A DNA stretch of 64,000 nucleotides, taken from positions 2,144,001 through 2,208,000 of the forward strand of contig CBDCWG010000012.1 in the NCBI GenBank assembly GCA_965223345.1, in the 5' to 3' direction. The notes beneath the pieces are model-generated. The model was not told the origin of the DNA. It worked only from the letters and a program-made list of their open reading frames with translations, and did no database searches. Made by a program: the position numbers and the translations under genes. This stretch comes from Nitrospinales bacterium. GTDB taxonomy: Bacteria > Nitrospinota > Nitrospinia > Nitrospinales > VA-1. Of the stretch, positions 49,871 to 59,035 are shown piece after piece; position 1 is the first letter of the stretch, and each line of letters opens with the position of its first letter.

Positions 49871-52405
49871 TCAGCCCTGCGGGGTGAGCCGTTTCAGGTT
49901 GCCCAGCCGGCGGCGGAACTGCTGGGTCACGAACTCGGAATCCTCGGCGTTGGAGATGATGTGCGGGGTGATGAAGATCATCAGCTCGGTTTTGCTGGTG
50001 GAGTCGGTGTCGGTGCTGAACAGTTTTCCCAGCCAGGGGATTTTGCGCAGCACGGGAATGCCTTCGTTGGAATCGATGACGTCGGTGCGCATCAGGCCGC
50101 CCATCACCAGCACCTGGTTGTCCTTGAGCACGACTTCGGTGTTGAGCAGCCGGGTGCTGAACGATGGGGTGGAGCCGACGAAGGGGCCCTGGCTGGAGAT
50201 CTCCTGACTGATTTTCAGGTTGACGAAATTGTCCGAGTTGATCTTGGGCACGATGTCGAGCTTGATGCCGACGCTGCGGTACTCGATGGTGGTCTGGGTC
50301 AGGGGCTGGCCCGCCGTCGGCGTGGTGATGGTCGAGCTTTCGATCGGGATCTCGTCGGCGATGGAGATGTTGGCGGGCTTGTTGTCGGAGGTCACCAGGA
50401 TGGGGTTGGCGAGCACGTTGGCCTTCGAGTCGGTGGCGAAGGCCTGCAGGAGAGCGACGAGCTTGTTGGGGTCGCTGGCGAGAAAACTGCCGCCGGGTTG
50501 CAAGAGAGACGCGGTGGCGTTGCCGATCTGCGATCCCAGCGTCGCGCCGCCGCTGCCCGGGGTCTTGCTCACGCCGCCGACGAAGGTGGTGCCGCCGGTC
50601 GTTCCTCTCAGCGCCCATTCCAGGCCGGCCCGGGTTTCCGCATCCAGGGTCAGGTCGATGATGAGCACTTCGATCAGCACCTGCTGCGGAAACAGGTCGA
50701 GTTTTTCGATCAGTTCCAGCAGCGCCGGGTAATTCCTGGGGCTGGTGCGGATGATCAGCGAATTGGTGTCCGGATCGGGGAGGATGGTGATCTCGCCGTC
50801 GAACGCTTCGCCGAGCGGTTGCGGCGATTTTGCAAGCGTAGACTTGGCGTCTTTTTGGGCCGGTTTTTTTGCGTTTTTATCCGCAGGTTTTTTGTCCTTT
50901 TCGTAGCGCGCCGAGGTTTTCTTGACGTCGCCGAGTTTTTTGGGTTTTGCCGCATCGTTGCCGCGCGCCTGGAACATGGCGGTGAGCAGATCGGCGAGCT
51001 GGATGGCGTCGGCGTTTTGCACGTAGTAGACGAACGTGCTGATCTCGCCTTCGGACACGGGCTGGTCGAGTTTTTTGATCCAGAATTCGATGGTGGGCAG
51101 GATCTTTTCGAAGGCGTTGACCACCAGGATGGAATTCAACCGTTCCAGCGGCAGGAAATTGAGCGCGTTGCCGAGGGCGTCGTTGTAGCCCATCGAGGCG
51201 AAGATCTCCAGCAGCTCCTCCACCACGATCAGTGAATCGGCGTGTTTGAGTTTGAAAAGCTGCACGTCCGAGGAGGCGAGCTTGTCGATGTCGAGGGCTT
51301 CGACGATTTTGAGGATGCGTTTGACGTTGGCGGCCATCTCGATGAGCATGAGGTTCTTGGTTTCCGGCACATCGAGGAAGGTGGCGTTGGGCGTCATCAA
51401 CGGTTGCAGGATTTTCTTCATCGACTCGACGGAGATGTGCTTGAGCGGGATGATCTGGATGATCATCCGGTCCCGCTCAGGAATGAAGGGGTCGTTGCTG
51501 TAATGGATGCTGATGGGTTTGAGCGGTGCGTCTTTCACGGGAAGGAAGCGGTAGAAGCTGCCGCTTTTCACGACGGTGATGTTGTGCAGCGCCAGGATCT
51601 GTTCGAGCAGCACGTACAGGTCGCGCACCGGGATCTTGTTGAAGGTCTGCAGCGTCACCTTGCCCTTGATGTTGCCTTCGACGAGGTAGTCGATTTCCAA
51701 AAGTTCGCAGAAGGTGGTGATGACGTCGTACACTTCGGTGCCTTCGAAATTCAGGGTGATGTGCTTGGCTTTGCGCAGTCCCGCCGGCAGGGGCGGGGTG
51801 GGATCGAACACCGAGCGGATGTGCGAGCGGTTTTCCCGTTCGTGAACGACTTCCTTTTCAACCTGGAACGGGATGGACTCCTGACGCGAATCGGGCGGTT
51901 CGCTGCCGTCGGTGATGGTGGAAACCAGCTCGGAGACGAAAAACCGTTTGCCTTCGTCGTTGTTCACCAGGTACCAGGCGCGTTTGTCCTTGGGGTTGCG
52001 CTGCACGCTCAGCAGTTCGAACAAGTCGCCGCGTGCGGCGAGGTGCACTTTGCGGTACTGCGGGCCGGGTCCCTGGCGCAGCGGCACGTTGTTGCCGGAG
52101 ATTTTGACGTAGCGGGTGGCGGGAGCGTCGGGCAGGCGCTGCAATTTGTTTTTGTCGATCACCTCGGGCTCGGGGCGGCTCGCCGTCTGCGGCTTGCGAT
52201 TGTTCTGCTTGCCTTCCGCGCGGATTTCGATGGTCGGGCCGTAGCTGATGTTGCGCTGCGCTTCCGTTTCCCGTTCCGGCAACTTCATCGCGTCGATGGG
52301 ATCCACCTGCGCCTTGAGTTTTTGCACGGCGGATTTTCCCTTCCCCGCACACGCGGACGCGAACAGCAGGCATACGATCAGAATCAGCGAAAGTTTGGTT
52401 TTCAT
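49871..52405 (-). CDS. gspD: Type II secretion secretin with N-terminal SH3-like domain
   Basis: ITLNFE N0, N domains, QVLIEVLI, ANVLANP, VGIKLDIVP, GIPVLRKIPWLGKLF, ELMIFITPHII. Confidence 0.92.
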   Translation of the reverse strand: MKTKLSLILIVCLLFASACAGKGKSAVQKLKAQVDPIDAMKLPERETEAQRNISYGPTIEIRAEGKQNNRKPQTASRPEPEVIDKNKLQRLPDAPATRYVKISGNNVPLRQGPGPQYRKVHLAARGDLFELLSVQRNPKDKRAWYLVNNDEGKRFFVSELVSTITDGSEPPDSRQESIPFQVEKEVVHERENRSHIRSVFDPTPPLPAGLRKAKHITLNFEGTEVYDVITTFCELLEIDYLVEGNIKGKVTLQTFNKIPVRDLYVLLEQILALHNITVVKSGSFYRFLPVKDAPLKPISIHYSNDPFIPERDRMIIQIIPLKHISVESMKKILQPLMTPNATFLDVPETKNLMLIEMAANVKRILKIVEALDIDKLASSDVQLFKLKHADSLIVVEELLEIFASMGYNDALGNALNFLPLERLNSILVVNAFEKILPTIEFWIKKLDQPVSEGEISTFVYYVQNADAIQLADLLTAMFQARGNDAAKPKKLGDVKKTSARYEKDKKPADKNAKKPAQKDAKSTLAKSPQPLGEAFDGEITILPDPDTNSLIIRTSPRNYPALLELIEKLDLFPQQVLIEVLIIDLTLDAETRAGLEWALRGTTGGTTFVGGVSKTPGSGGATLGSQIGNATASLLQPGGSFLASDPNKLVALLQAFATDSKANVLANPILVTSDNKPANISIADEIPIESSTITTPTAGQPLTQTTIEYRSVGIKLDIVPKINSDNFVNLKISQEISSQGPFVGSTPSFSTRLLNTEVVLKDNQVLVMGGLMRTDVIDSNEGIPVLRKIPWLGKLFSTDTDSTSKTELMIFITPHIISNAEDSEFVTQQFRRRLGNLKRLTPQG

Positions 52406-52977
52406 GTCTTTTGAGTTCCCTGCGGTTCCCGGATGAATCCCTGCACCCGCAAACGGGTTTCCAGGTTTTCCGGTTCGTTTTTATTGGTCCTGCGCGTGAA
52501 CAGGTTTTCCACCACCAGTATTTTTTCGTGCGTTTCGATTTGATAAAGAAAACGCGAGAGCTTTTTGAGCGAGGAACGCAGCGTCATCTCGATCGGGATG
52601 GCCGTCATCGCCTCCATCGGCTGCGGCGATTCCACCCGCACCCGCTCGATGGCCACGCCCGACTGGCGGGCGAACTGTTCGAGAATTTTCTGCAGCTTCG
52701 CCGTGGCCAGGCCCGGTTTGTTCTCGCTCAGAAACCGCCGCGCGATCTGGGTGCGGGTCGCTTCGATGGCTTTGGCCTTGGCCTCGTAATAGGGTTTGCG
52801 GTCCAGCACCTGCTGGTATTTTTGAATGAAGCGGATCTTGTCCTCAATCTTCTGCTCGATGTTGCTCTGCTGCGCGGTGAGGGGCTGGATCACCCACGTG
52901 ATCAGGGCGTAAACCGCGAGGGCCGCGCCTCCCGCTGCCAGAAATTTTTTGTCCCGTTCGGTGACGTTGAGGTTCAT
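52402..52977 (-). CDS. gspM: Type II secretion GspM/PilO-like protein
   Basis: ERDKK plus TM, coiled coil, LSRFLYQIE; operon position. Confidence 0.75.
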   Translation of the reverse strand: MNLNVTERDKKFLAAGGAALAVYALITWVIQPLTAQQSNIEQKIEDKIRFIQKYQQVLDRKPYYEAKAKAIEATRTQIARRFLSENKPGLATAKLQKILEQFARQSGVAIERVRVESPQPMEAMTAIPIEMTLRSSLKKLSRFLYQIETHEKILVVENLFTRRTNKNEPENLETRLRVQGFIREPQGTQKT

Positions 52978-54452
52978 GGCTTCACCTTGAGATCGGTTCT
53001 GAGCGTGAATTTTTCCCCTTCCTTCTGATTGACGATGCTGCCCACGAATCCGGTTTCCCGGAACACGGTGGAGCGTTCCAGCAGCGGCACCAGCTTGGAA
53101 GCGGTGGAGGAGTAGCCTTTGATCTCCACTTCGTTTTTGGCGATCTTGAGATGCGTCAGCCAGGTGTCTTGGGGGATGTTGCGGCTCAGTTCGACCAGAA
53201 CCGGCAGCTTGGCCGGGTTCGCCGCATTGAGCGCGGCGATGCGGTCCGCGAATCGTTTCAGGGCCTCGAATTCCAAGTCGATTTTTTCCAGCTCTTTGGT
53301 CTGGATTTTGATTTCCTGCAACTGCTGGTTGAGCTTTTTGAGCGTCAGGTTGTTGTAGACGATTTTGTTGATGGACAGGCCGGCGAGCACCACCACCGCC
53401 GCTGCGGCGATGCCGAGGGTGGCTTTGATCGGCACGCTTTTCTTCGCCGGTTTCTGGTTTTCGGGCAGCAGGTTGGCCTCGATCTCCCGGCGCTGGATGC
53501 CCCGCAGGCCCAGGCTCAGCGCGGTGGAGAGGTAGGCTTTGGGAAAGGCTTTGTCCTTTTCGGCCCGTTCGATGTCATCGGCGGAGGCGCGGGCGGTTGC
53601 GGTTTCGGTGGCTTTTTGCAGCTGCCGTTCCAGAAAAGGGGCGAGGGTGCCGGCGTTTATGAGGTGGATGCGGCCGATCGACGCGTCGTCCTCGACGTTG
53701 CGGCACAGAGACAGGGTTTCGGCCAGCTCCTCGACCAGGATGCCGGTGAGTTTTCCGGAAAGTGCCAGGGTTTCCTGTTTGTCGAGTTTGCCCTGAAAGA
53801 ACGCGCGCTCGTAGGCGGGCAGGTCGAGGGGGACGAAACGGGAAAATGCCAGCGTCTTATCCTTGAGGATGGCGAGGTCGATGCCGCCGGGCGTCAGGTC
53901 GATCACCGCCGAAAGCCCGTCCTGAGAGCCGGGCTGCGACAGGGCGAGGCTGGCGTTGGCGAAAGGCGGCGCTTCCAGAACGGTCGGTTTGAGATTCAGT
54001 CTGCGCAGCAGGTTCAGGTGGTGCTCGGCGATCTCCTTGCGCACGGCGGCGGCGATGACGTGAAATTGTTTTCCCGCTTTCGCCGCGGCGTGGTAGCCGA
54101 AATAGAGATCCTCGAGCTGCGAAGAGAAATGCCGTTCCAGCTCGAAGGGAATCATGGGCAAAAGAGACTTCATGTCCGGCGCGGGCAGCTCGAAGTTCTG
54201 GAAGGTGAAATGGATGCGCGGCAGGCTGACGGCGACGTTTTGGGGCCACAGGTTCCATTGCGTCAACGCCTGGTTCATTTTCTCCAGAAAGGCCTGTTCG
54301 TTTTTATCGTCGCCGGGCACCAGCGGCCGGGTGCGGAAAAAATGCGTGCCGACGATCTCCACCGATCGCAGCTTTTTCCCGAGCAGGGTCAGCCCGACGC
54401 AATTCTCGCGGATGTCGATGCCCAGTGCGTGATCGAGATAAAGAGGCTTCAT
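52974..54452 (-). CDS. gspL: Type II secretion GspL-like (PilM-PilN type) protein
   Basis: LGIDI actin-like domain, ANLLP, TM, LSRNIPQDTWL, IKGYS. Confidence 0.75.
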   Translation of the reverse strand: MKPLYLDHALGIDIRENCVGLTLLGKKLRSVEIVGTHFFRTRPLVPGDDKNEQAFLEKMNQALTQWNLWPQNVAVSLPRIHFTFQNFELPAPDMKSLLPMIPFELERHFSSQLEDLYFGYHAAAKAGKQFHVIAAAVRKEIAEHHLNLLRRLNLKPTVLEAPPFANASLALSQPGSQDGLSAVIDLTPGGIDLAILKDKTLAFSRFVPLDLPAYERAFFQGKLDKQETLALSGKLTGILVEELAETLSLCRNVEDDASIGRIHLINAGTLAPFLERQLQKATETATARASADDIERAEKDKAFPKAYLSTALSLGLRGIQRREIEANLLPENQKPAKKSVPIKATLGIAAAAVVVLAGLSINKIVYNNLTLKKLNQQLQEIKIQTKELEKIDLEFEALKRFADRIAALNAANPAKLPVLVELSRNIPQDTWLTHLKIAKNEVEIKGYSSTASKLVPLLERSTVFRETGFVGSIVNQKEGEKFTLRTDLKVKP

Positions 54453-55438
54453 GGCGCGTAGTGGTTGTCGTTCCAGTATTGGGTCAATAAAACGGGCTTT
54501 TCCCGTGTGCCGGATTTCAGGATCACCGCGGCAATGCTGTGGCGTGTGCGGCTGCCGTCGATGTGGCCGGTGGCCTCGATACGGAAATGGCTCGAGACCG
54601 TGTCGTTGTAGTAGCCTTTCTCCTCGCGCAGGCGCAGGATTTCCTCGACCTGCGATTCGTTGTACAGAATCGAGAGCACCGCAGGGTCCGCGGTGTTGGG
54701 GTTGACCGCGGGCACCGCATACGGCGTGAACAGCGCCCGGAGCCCCGGCCGCGCGTCTTCATCGTCCGTCTCGCTGCCGTTGAGGATCTCTTCGGTCATG
54801 CCGCGCACCTTGAGCAACTCGTCCATCGATTCGATGGGAGCGTTCTTGCAGGAATAGGGCGGGGTGAGCCCCTGATAGTGGTCGTCCTCGGCGCCGTTGA
54901 TGCGGTGGTTGGAGTCGGCGTCGATCCAGTCGAGGATGGAATCGGCGATGGTGTCGCGTTCTTCGCCGATCTCGACGCCCGCGCGTTCCAGCGCTTTGAT
55001 GAGCACCGAGCGCGGCGCGTTGTTGATGCCGATCTTGCTGTTCTCATCGCGGATCGTGTAGCTGAGCCTGCCGTTGCCGAGCGGCAGGTCTGTGCGGGGG
55101 ATGGGCACGTAGTCGGGAGGGCTTTCCTTTTTATCCTGCTGGGAAAAGCGCGCGGGCTGCCCGGCGGGGTTGGCCGGCGCTTTCGACTGCCCGGAAATCC
55201 AGCCGTGTTCCGGGTGGATGGAATGAAAGCGGGCGGGCTTTAGAATTTCCGCCTGGGCGAGCGTGATCCCGGCGCGCGCGAGCTGGTAGGCTTCGATGTC
55301 TTCCTTGTGATTGCGCGTGGTGTTCACTTCCGTCTTCATGGAATAGGCGAACTCGGTCGCCAGCGCCATCAGCAGCACCAGCACCCACAGGACCACCATC
55401 ATGGCGAGGCCGTTCTGATTGTTCTCAGGAGGTCGCAT
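54449..55438 (-). CDS. gspK: Minor pseudopilin K
   Basis: G|LAMMVVLWVL, DENSKIGIN, ILDWIDAD, ELLKVRGM, VNPNTA. Confidence 0.9.
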   Translation of the reverse strand: MRPPENNQNGLAMMVVLWVLVLLMALATEFAYSMKTEVNTTRNHKEDIEAYQLARAGITLAQAEILKPARFHSIHPEHGWISGQSKAPANPAGQPARFSQQDKKESPPDYVPIPRTDLPLGNGRLSYTIRDENSKIGINNAPRSVLIKALERAGVEIGEERDTIADSILDWIDADSNHRINGAEDDHYQGLTPPYSCKNAPIESMDELLKVRGMTEEILNGSETDDEDARPGLRALFTPYAVPAVNPNTADPAVLSILYNESQVEEILRLREEKGYYNDTVSSHFRIEATGHIDGSRTRHSIAAVILKSGTREKPVLLTQYWNDNHYAP

Positions 55439-56258
55439 CTTTCTCCGGCTCCAGCAGCTTGAACTCCATTCCCGTGTGCAGGGGCACGACGATCGGCGGC
55501 GAATAACGGATCTGCGATTCCGCTTCCTGCCAGCCGATGCGGATTTCCACGCCTTTGGGCAGTGTGATGCTGCGCTTTTGTTCCTGGGGCGATTTCTGAC
55601 CCGGTGCGTCCTTTTTCGGCTCGGAGGCTTTTTCGTAACGCACCCGGTTCACCCAGGATCCTTTGTAGCGTTTGGCTGCGTTTTCGTTCTGCGCTGCGTT
55701 CGATCGCTCTTCTTCCAGGGTGTAATAGCGGAACCGCAGGTCCGCAACGTCCGCGGCGAGCAGAAAATGCCGCGCCCGCTTCGAGCGCTTGGGGTCCTTG
55801 GCGAACACGTCTTCCACGCCGATGTCCCGCTCCATCAGGATGACGCCCCGCTCCCCGGTCTGCGGATGCGCGCCCAGATACACCCGCACCTCGTGCGCCC
55901 AGGGCGGGGTGTTGTCGGCGGTGAGCGGCGTTGCGAAACTGATGAAGCGCAGGGAATCCGGCTCGCCTGCAAACGCCAGGGTCCGTTGCGCCGCCGAAGG
56001 CGTCTCCTGCCGGGCAAAGGTTTCCCCGTCTTTTTGCGCGACGAACAGGGGATAGGTGGATTTGATCTTTTGCGTGAGCTGTGCCTCGATGATGCGGAAA
56101 CGCTGAAAGGCTTCGGCTTTTTTCTCGCCCACATCGCGCGCCGACATGCCGAGGCGCACGCCGCTCATGGAGATGGCGACGATGAAGCCGACGATCCCGA
56201 GCGACAGGATGAGCTCCAGCAGGGTGAAGCCGTGGGCATTTTTGAGACGCAGCGTCAT
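55425..56258 (-). CDS. gspJ: Minor pseudopilin J
   Basis: G|FTLLELILSL prepilin motif; LPKGVEI near C terminus; position. Confidence 0.8.
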   Translation of the reverse strand: MTLRLKNAHGFTLLELILSLGIVGFIVAISMSGVRLGMSARDVGEKKAEAFQRFRIIEAQLTQKIKSTYPLFVAQKDGETFARQETPSAAQRTLAFAGEPDSLRFISFATPLTADNTPPWAHEVRVYLGAHPQTGERGVILMERDIGVEDVFAKDPKRSKRARHFLLAADVADLRFRYYTLEEERSNAAQNENAAKRYKGSWVNRVRYEKASEPKKDAPGQKSPQEQKRSITLPKGVEIRIGWQEAESQIRYSPPIVVPLHTGMEFKLLEPEKDATS

Positions 56259-56263
56259 GCGAT

Positions 56264-56908
56264 TCAGTTCCCCGAGATATGTTGTGTGGGCGCGCCGCAG
56301 CCGAACGAAGCACCCGACACGTGCTGGCTTCCCTGGCAGGGATCGCTGTCCGGTGCGGTGAACGAAGGCGCGTCGGCTTTCGGAGTCTCGCCCGAATCCT
56401 CGCCCGGCGGTGTGTCCGCAGGCGGTGCGGCGCCGCCGCTGAACACGGCGAGCAGGGTGCGGTCGCTGCCGGGCTGCGTGGTGCCGTCCATCCGGAGCGT
56501 GGCGAGCTGCACGTTGCGCGCGCGTTTCCCTTCCTGCCAGTAAACGTTCAGGTGCACCTCCGACAATTGAATGCGCGATTCGGGATCGTTCAGCGGCGAA
56601 TCGTAAGGATTCACGTTCATTTCCCAGCGGTAGCCGCGTTCATCCTCGAAGGTGCCCGCGAGCGTGTCGGTCTGAAAATCCCGCAACTCCAACTCGCTCA
56701 GCTTGGAGCTGGCGAGCGTTACCGCTTTCAGGTACTGGTCGGACATCCCCACCGAGCGGATGCTGCTGGAAAACAGGTTGAGCACCGCCGTGAAGCCCAT
56801 CGCCATGATGGCGAGGGCGACGATCACCTCCAGCAGGGAAAAGCCGTCTTCAGCGTTCCTTTTGGACGATCCGGGAGCTCCCGGTGATGGGGTCGATGTC
56901 GATTTCAT
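56264..56908 (-). CDS. gspI: Minor pseudopilin I with C-terminal extension
   Basis: G|FSLLEVIVALAI; GYRW; position. Confidence 0.8.
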   Translation of the reverse strand: MKSTSTPSPGAPGSSKRNAEDGFSLLEVIVALAIMAMGFTAVLNLFSSSIRSVGMSDQYLKAVTLASSKLSELELRDFQTDTLAGTFEDERGYRWEMNVNPYDSPLNDPESRIQLSEVHLNVYWQEGKRARNVQLATLRMDGTTQPGSDRTLLAVFSGGAAPPADTPPGEDSGETPKADAPSFTAPDSDPCQGSQHVSGASFGCGAPTQHISGN

Positions 56909-57347
56909 AAAAAGTGTCTGCGTTCTTGCCGGTTGTTTTTTCGATGCGCACGCTGCCGCCGCTGGAGTTGCCGCCGGGATAAAACCGGATGGAGAACAGG
57001 CCGTCCTCGATCCGGCTGCTGTCCGCCGCCCTGTGAGCCAGGCGCAGGCCGGGTTTCAGGGATTGGTTCACCGAGGAACGGGTCAGCGCTTCGTCCGTCA
57101 GCCAGTAACGCCCGGTCTCTGTGTCGGCGTTGAAGGAAAAAACGGTTTTCAGCGTGATCGCCTCGCTGCGCGCGTACCGCAGCGTGGCGGCGATCTGCCG
57201 CGCTCCCGACCTGAGCTCCATCCGTTCCAGAGTGGACAGGACGAACGGCGTGGTCAGACCGGCGATGATGCCGATCAGAACCAGAACCAGGATCAGTTCG
57301 ATGAGCGTGAACCCCGAAGCGCCGTGCTTGGGGTTGGTTTCGTTCAT
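56850..57347 (-). CDS. gspH: Minor pseudopilin H
   Basis: G|FTLIELILVL; LRYARSEA; IRFYPGGNSSGG; DPITG. Confidence 0.85.
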   Translation of the reverse strand: MNETNPKHGASGFTLIELILVLVLIGIIAGLTTPFVLSTLERMELRSGARQIAATLRYARSEAITLKTVFSFNADTETGRYWLTDEALTRSSVNQSLKPGLRLAHRAADSSRIEDGLFSIRFYPGGNSSGGSVRIEKTTGKNADTFYEIDIDPITGSSRIVQKER

Positions 57348-57754
57348 TCAAAGTTTTTCCAGCTGACGATGTCCTGATTGTTGTCCTCCCCGCCTTCCGC
57401 ATTGTCGGCGCCCAGGCTGATGAGATCGTAATCCCCGTGCTGGCCGGGGGAACGGTAGACGAATTCGTTGCCCCACGGGTCCTTGGGGACGGCTTTCTTC
57501 AGGTACGGTTTCAGGGCATCGAGCCCTTCATCGGAAGTGGGGTACTTGAATTTTTCCAGCCGGTGCAGATCCAGCGCCTGACCGAGCAGCTCGATCTGCG
57601 CCTGCGCTTCCTGCTGCAGGGCCTTGTCCACGTGTCCGAAAAACTTGGGCACGACGAGAGCGGCCAGAAGGCCGATGATCATCATGACCACCATCAGTTC
57701 GATGAGGGTGAACCCCCGTTGTGCGTGCCGATTGAGAAGAATGTGTGATTTCAT
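57344..57754 (-). CDS. gspG: Major pseudopilin G
   Basis: From ATG 57754: G|FTLIELMVV, YPTSDEGL, PKDPWG, YRSPG, SLGADNAEGGE, DIVSW. Confidence 0.93.
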   Translation of the reverse strand: MKSHILLNRHAQRGFTLIELMVVMMIIGLLAALVVPKFFGHVDKALQQEAQAQIELLGQALDLHRLEKFKYPTSDEGLDALKPYLKKAVPKDPWGNEFVYRSPGQHGDYDLISLGADNAEGGEDNNQDIVSWKNFE

Positions 57755-57783
57755 GGCATTGATCGAAAAGGTGAATGGATGCG

Positions 57784-59016
57784 TTAAAAAGACACTTCGT
57801 TGATGCTGAAAATGGCCATCAGCATGGAGATGACGATGAACCCGATGATCCCCGCCATCAGCAGAATCATGAACGGTTCCAGTAAAGACAGGATCTGCTT
57901 GACGGCCTGTTCGACTTCCCGGTCGTAGGTTTTGGCGACTTTTTCCAGCATGGCGTCGAGCGTGCCGGAGGTTTCGCCCACGGTGATCATGTGGATCGCC
58001 ATGGGCGGGAACACGCCGGTTTCCTGCAGCGGGCCGGACAGCCCCTTGCCGCCTTTGAGGCCTTTCCTGAGGTGCGCCATCGCTCCGACGATGAGGCGGT
58101 TGCCGAGGATGGAACGCACGATTTCCAGCGCCGGCAGCACCGGCACGCCGCTTTTGAGCAGGGTGGCCAGCGTCAGGCTGAAGCGCGACACCTCGATTTT
58201 GCGGATCAGCGTGCCGAACAGCGGCAGCTTGAGGACCATGCCGTCCCACAGCAGACGGCCCTGTTCGTTTTTCAGGAACAGCGACAACCCGACTGCGCCG
58301 GCGATGAGCGCCAGAAGAAGCGCCCACCAGTAATCGGCGGCCATCCCGCTGATTCCAAGCATGATCTTCGTGGGCAAGGGCAGGGCCTGGCCCATTTCCT
58401 CGAACAGTTTGGAAAACTGCGGGATCACCACGGTGAGCAGCACAGCCACCGCGCCGCCGCCCACCAGAAACAGGATCGCGGGATAGACCATGGCCGAGCG
58501 GATGTTGTTTTTAAGTTCCTCGAGCTTTTCCAGGTAGTCGGCCAGCCGGGTGAGGGAGGTGCTGAGCGTGCCGCCGGTTTCGCCTGCGCGCACCATGTTG
58601 ATGTAGAGTTTCGAGAACACGCGCGGGTGCTCTTTCAGGGCGTCGGCGAAGGTCGTCCCCGAGTGCACGCGCTTTTGCACGTCGGACAGCACCGCGCGGG
58701 TCTTGTCCTTGTCCGCAAGCTTCACCAGGCTGGAGAGGCTCTGGTCCAGCGTCAGTCCCGAGTCCACCAGGGTGGCGAGCTGATGGGTGAGTGTCATCAG
58801 TTCCTTGTTGGAGATGCCGTTGAACCACTCCACGTTGGTTGGGAGTTTGAAATCCAGAGGCAGCCTGCTTTTTCCGGTCTTTCCCTCGGACACCTGGATG
58901 GGAAAGTAGTTGAGGCGCTGGATCGCTTTCACCGCTCTCTGGTAATCGGGGGCTTCCACGTCGCCTTCGACGCATTTGCCGCTGGGGTCGGTGGCCTTGT
59001 AAAAATAAACGGTCAT
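57784..59016 (-). CDS. gspF: Type II secretion inner membrane platform protein
   Basis: QLATLVDSGL, MVRAGETGG, AMVYP, GETSG.L, LLEP. Confidence 0.93.
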   Translation of the reverse strand: MTVYFYKATDPSGKCVEGDVEAPDYQRAVKAIQRLNYFPIQVSEGKTGKSRLPLDFKLPTNVEWFNGISNKELMTLTHQLATLVDSGLTLDQSLSSLVKLADKDKTRAVLSDVQKRVHSGTTFADALKEHPRVFSKLYINMVRAGETGGTLSTSLTRLADYLEKLEELKNNIRSAMVYPAILFLVGGGAVAVLLTVVIPQFSKLFEEMGQALPLPTKIMLGISGMAADYWWALLLALIAGAVGLSLFLKNEQGRLLWDGMVLKLPLFGTLIRKIEVSRFSLTLATLLKSGVPVLPALEIVRSILGNRLIVGAMAHLRKGLKGGKGLSGPLQETGVFPPMAIHMITVGETSGTLDAMLEKVAKTYDREVEQAVKQILSLLEPFMILLMAGIIGFIVISMLMAIFSINEVSF

Positions 59017-59035
59017 GGATTCTCTTTCGTTTCTG

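Noticed and set aside
57755..58327. 327-aa extended GspG
   Set aside because: Extension overlaps gspF out of frame; prepilin motif places the start at 57754
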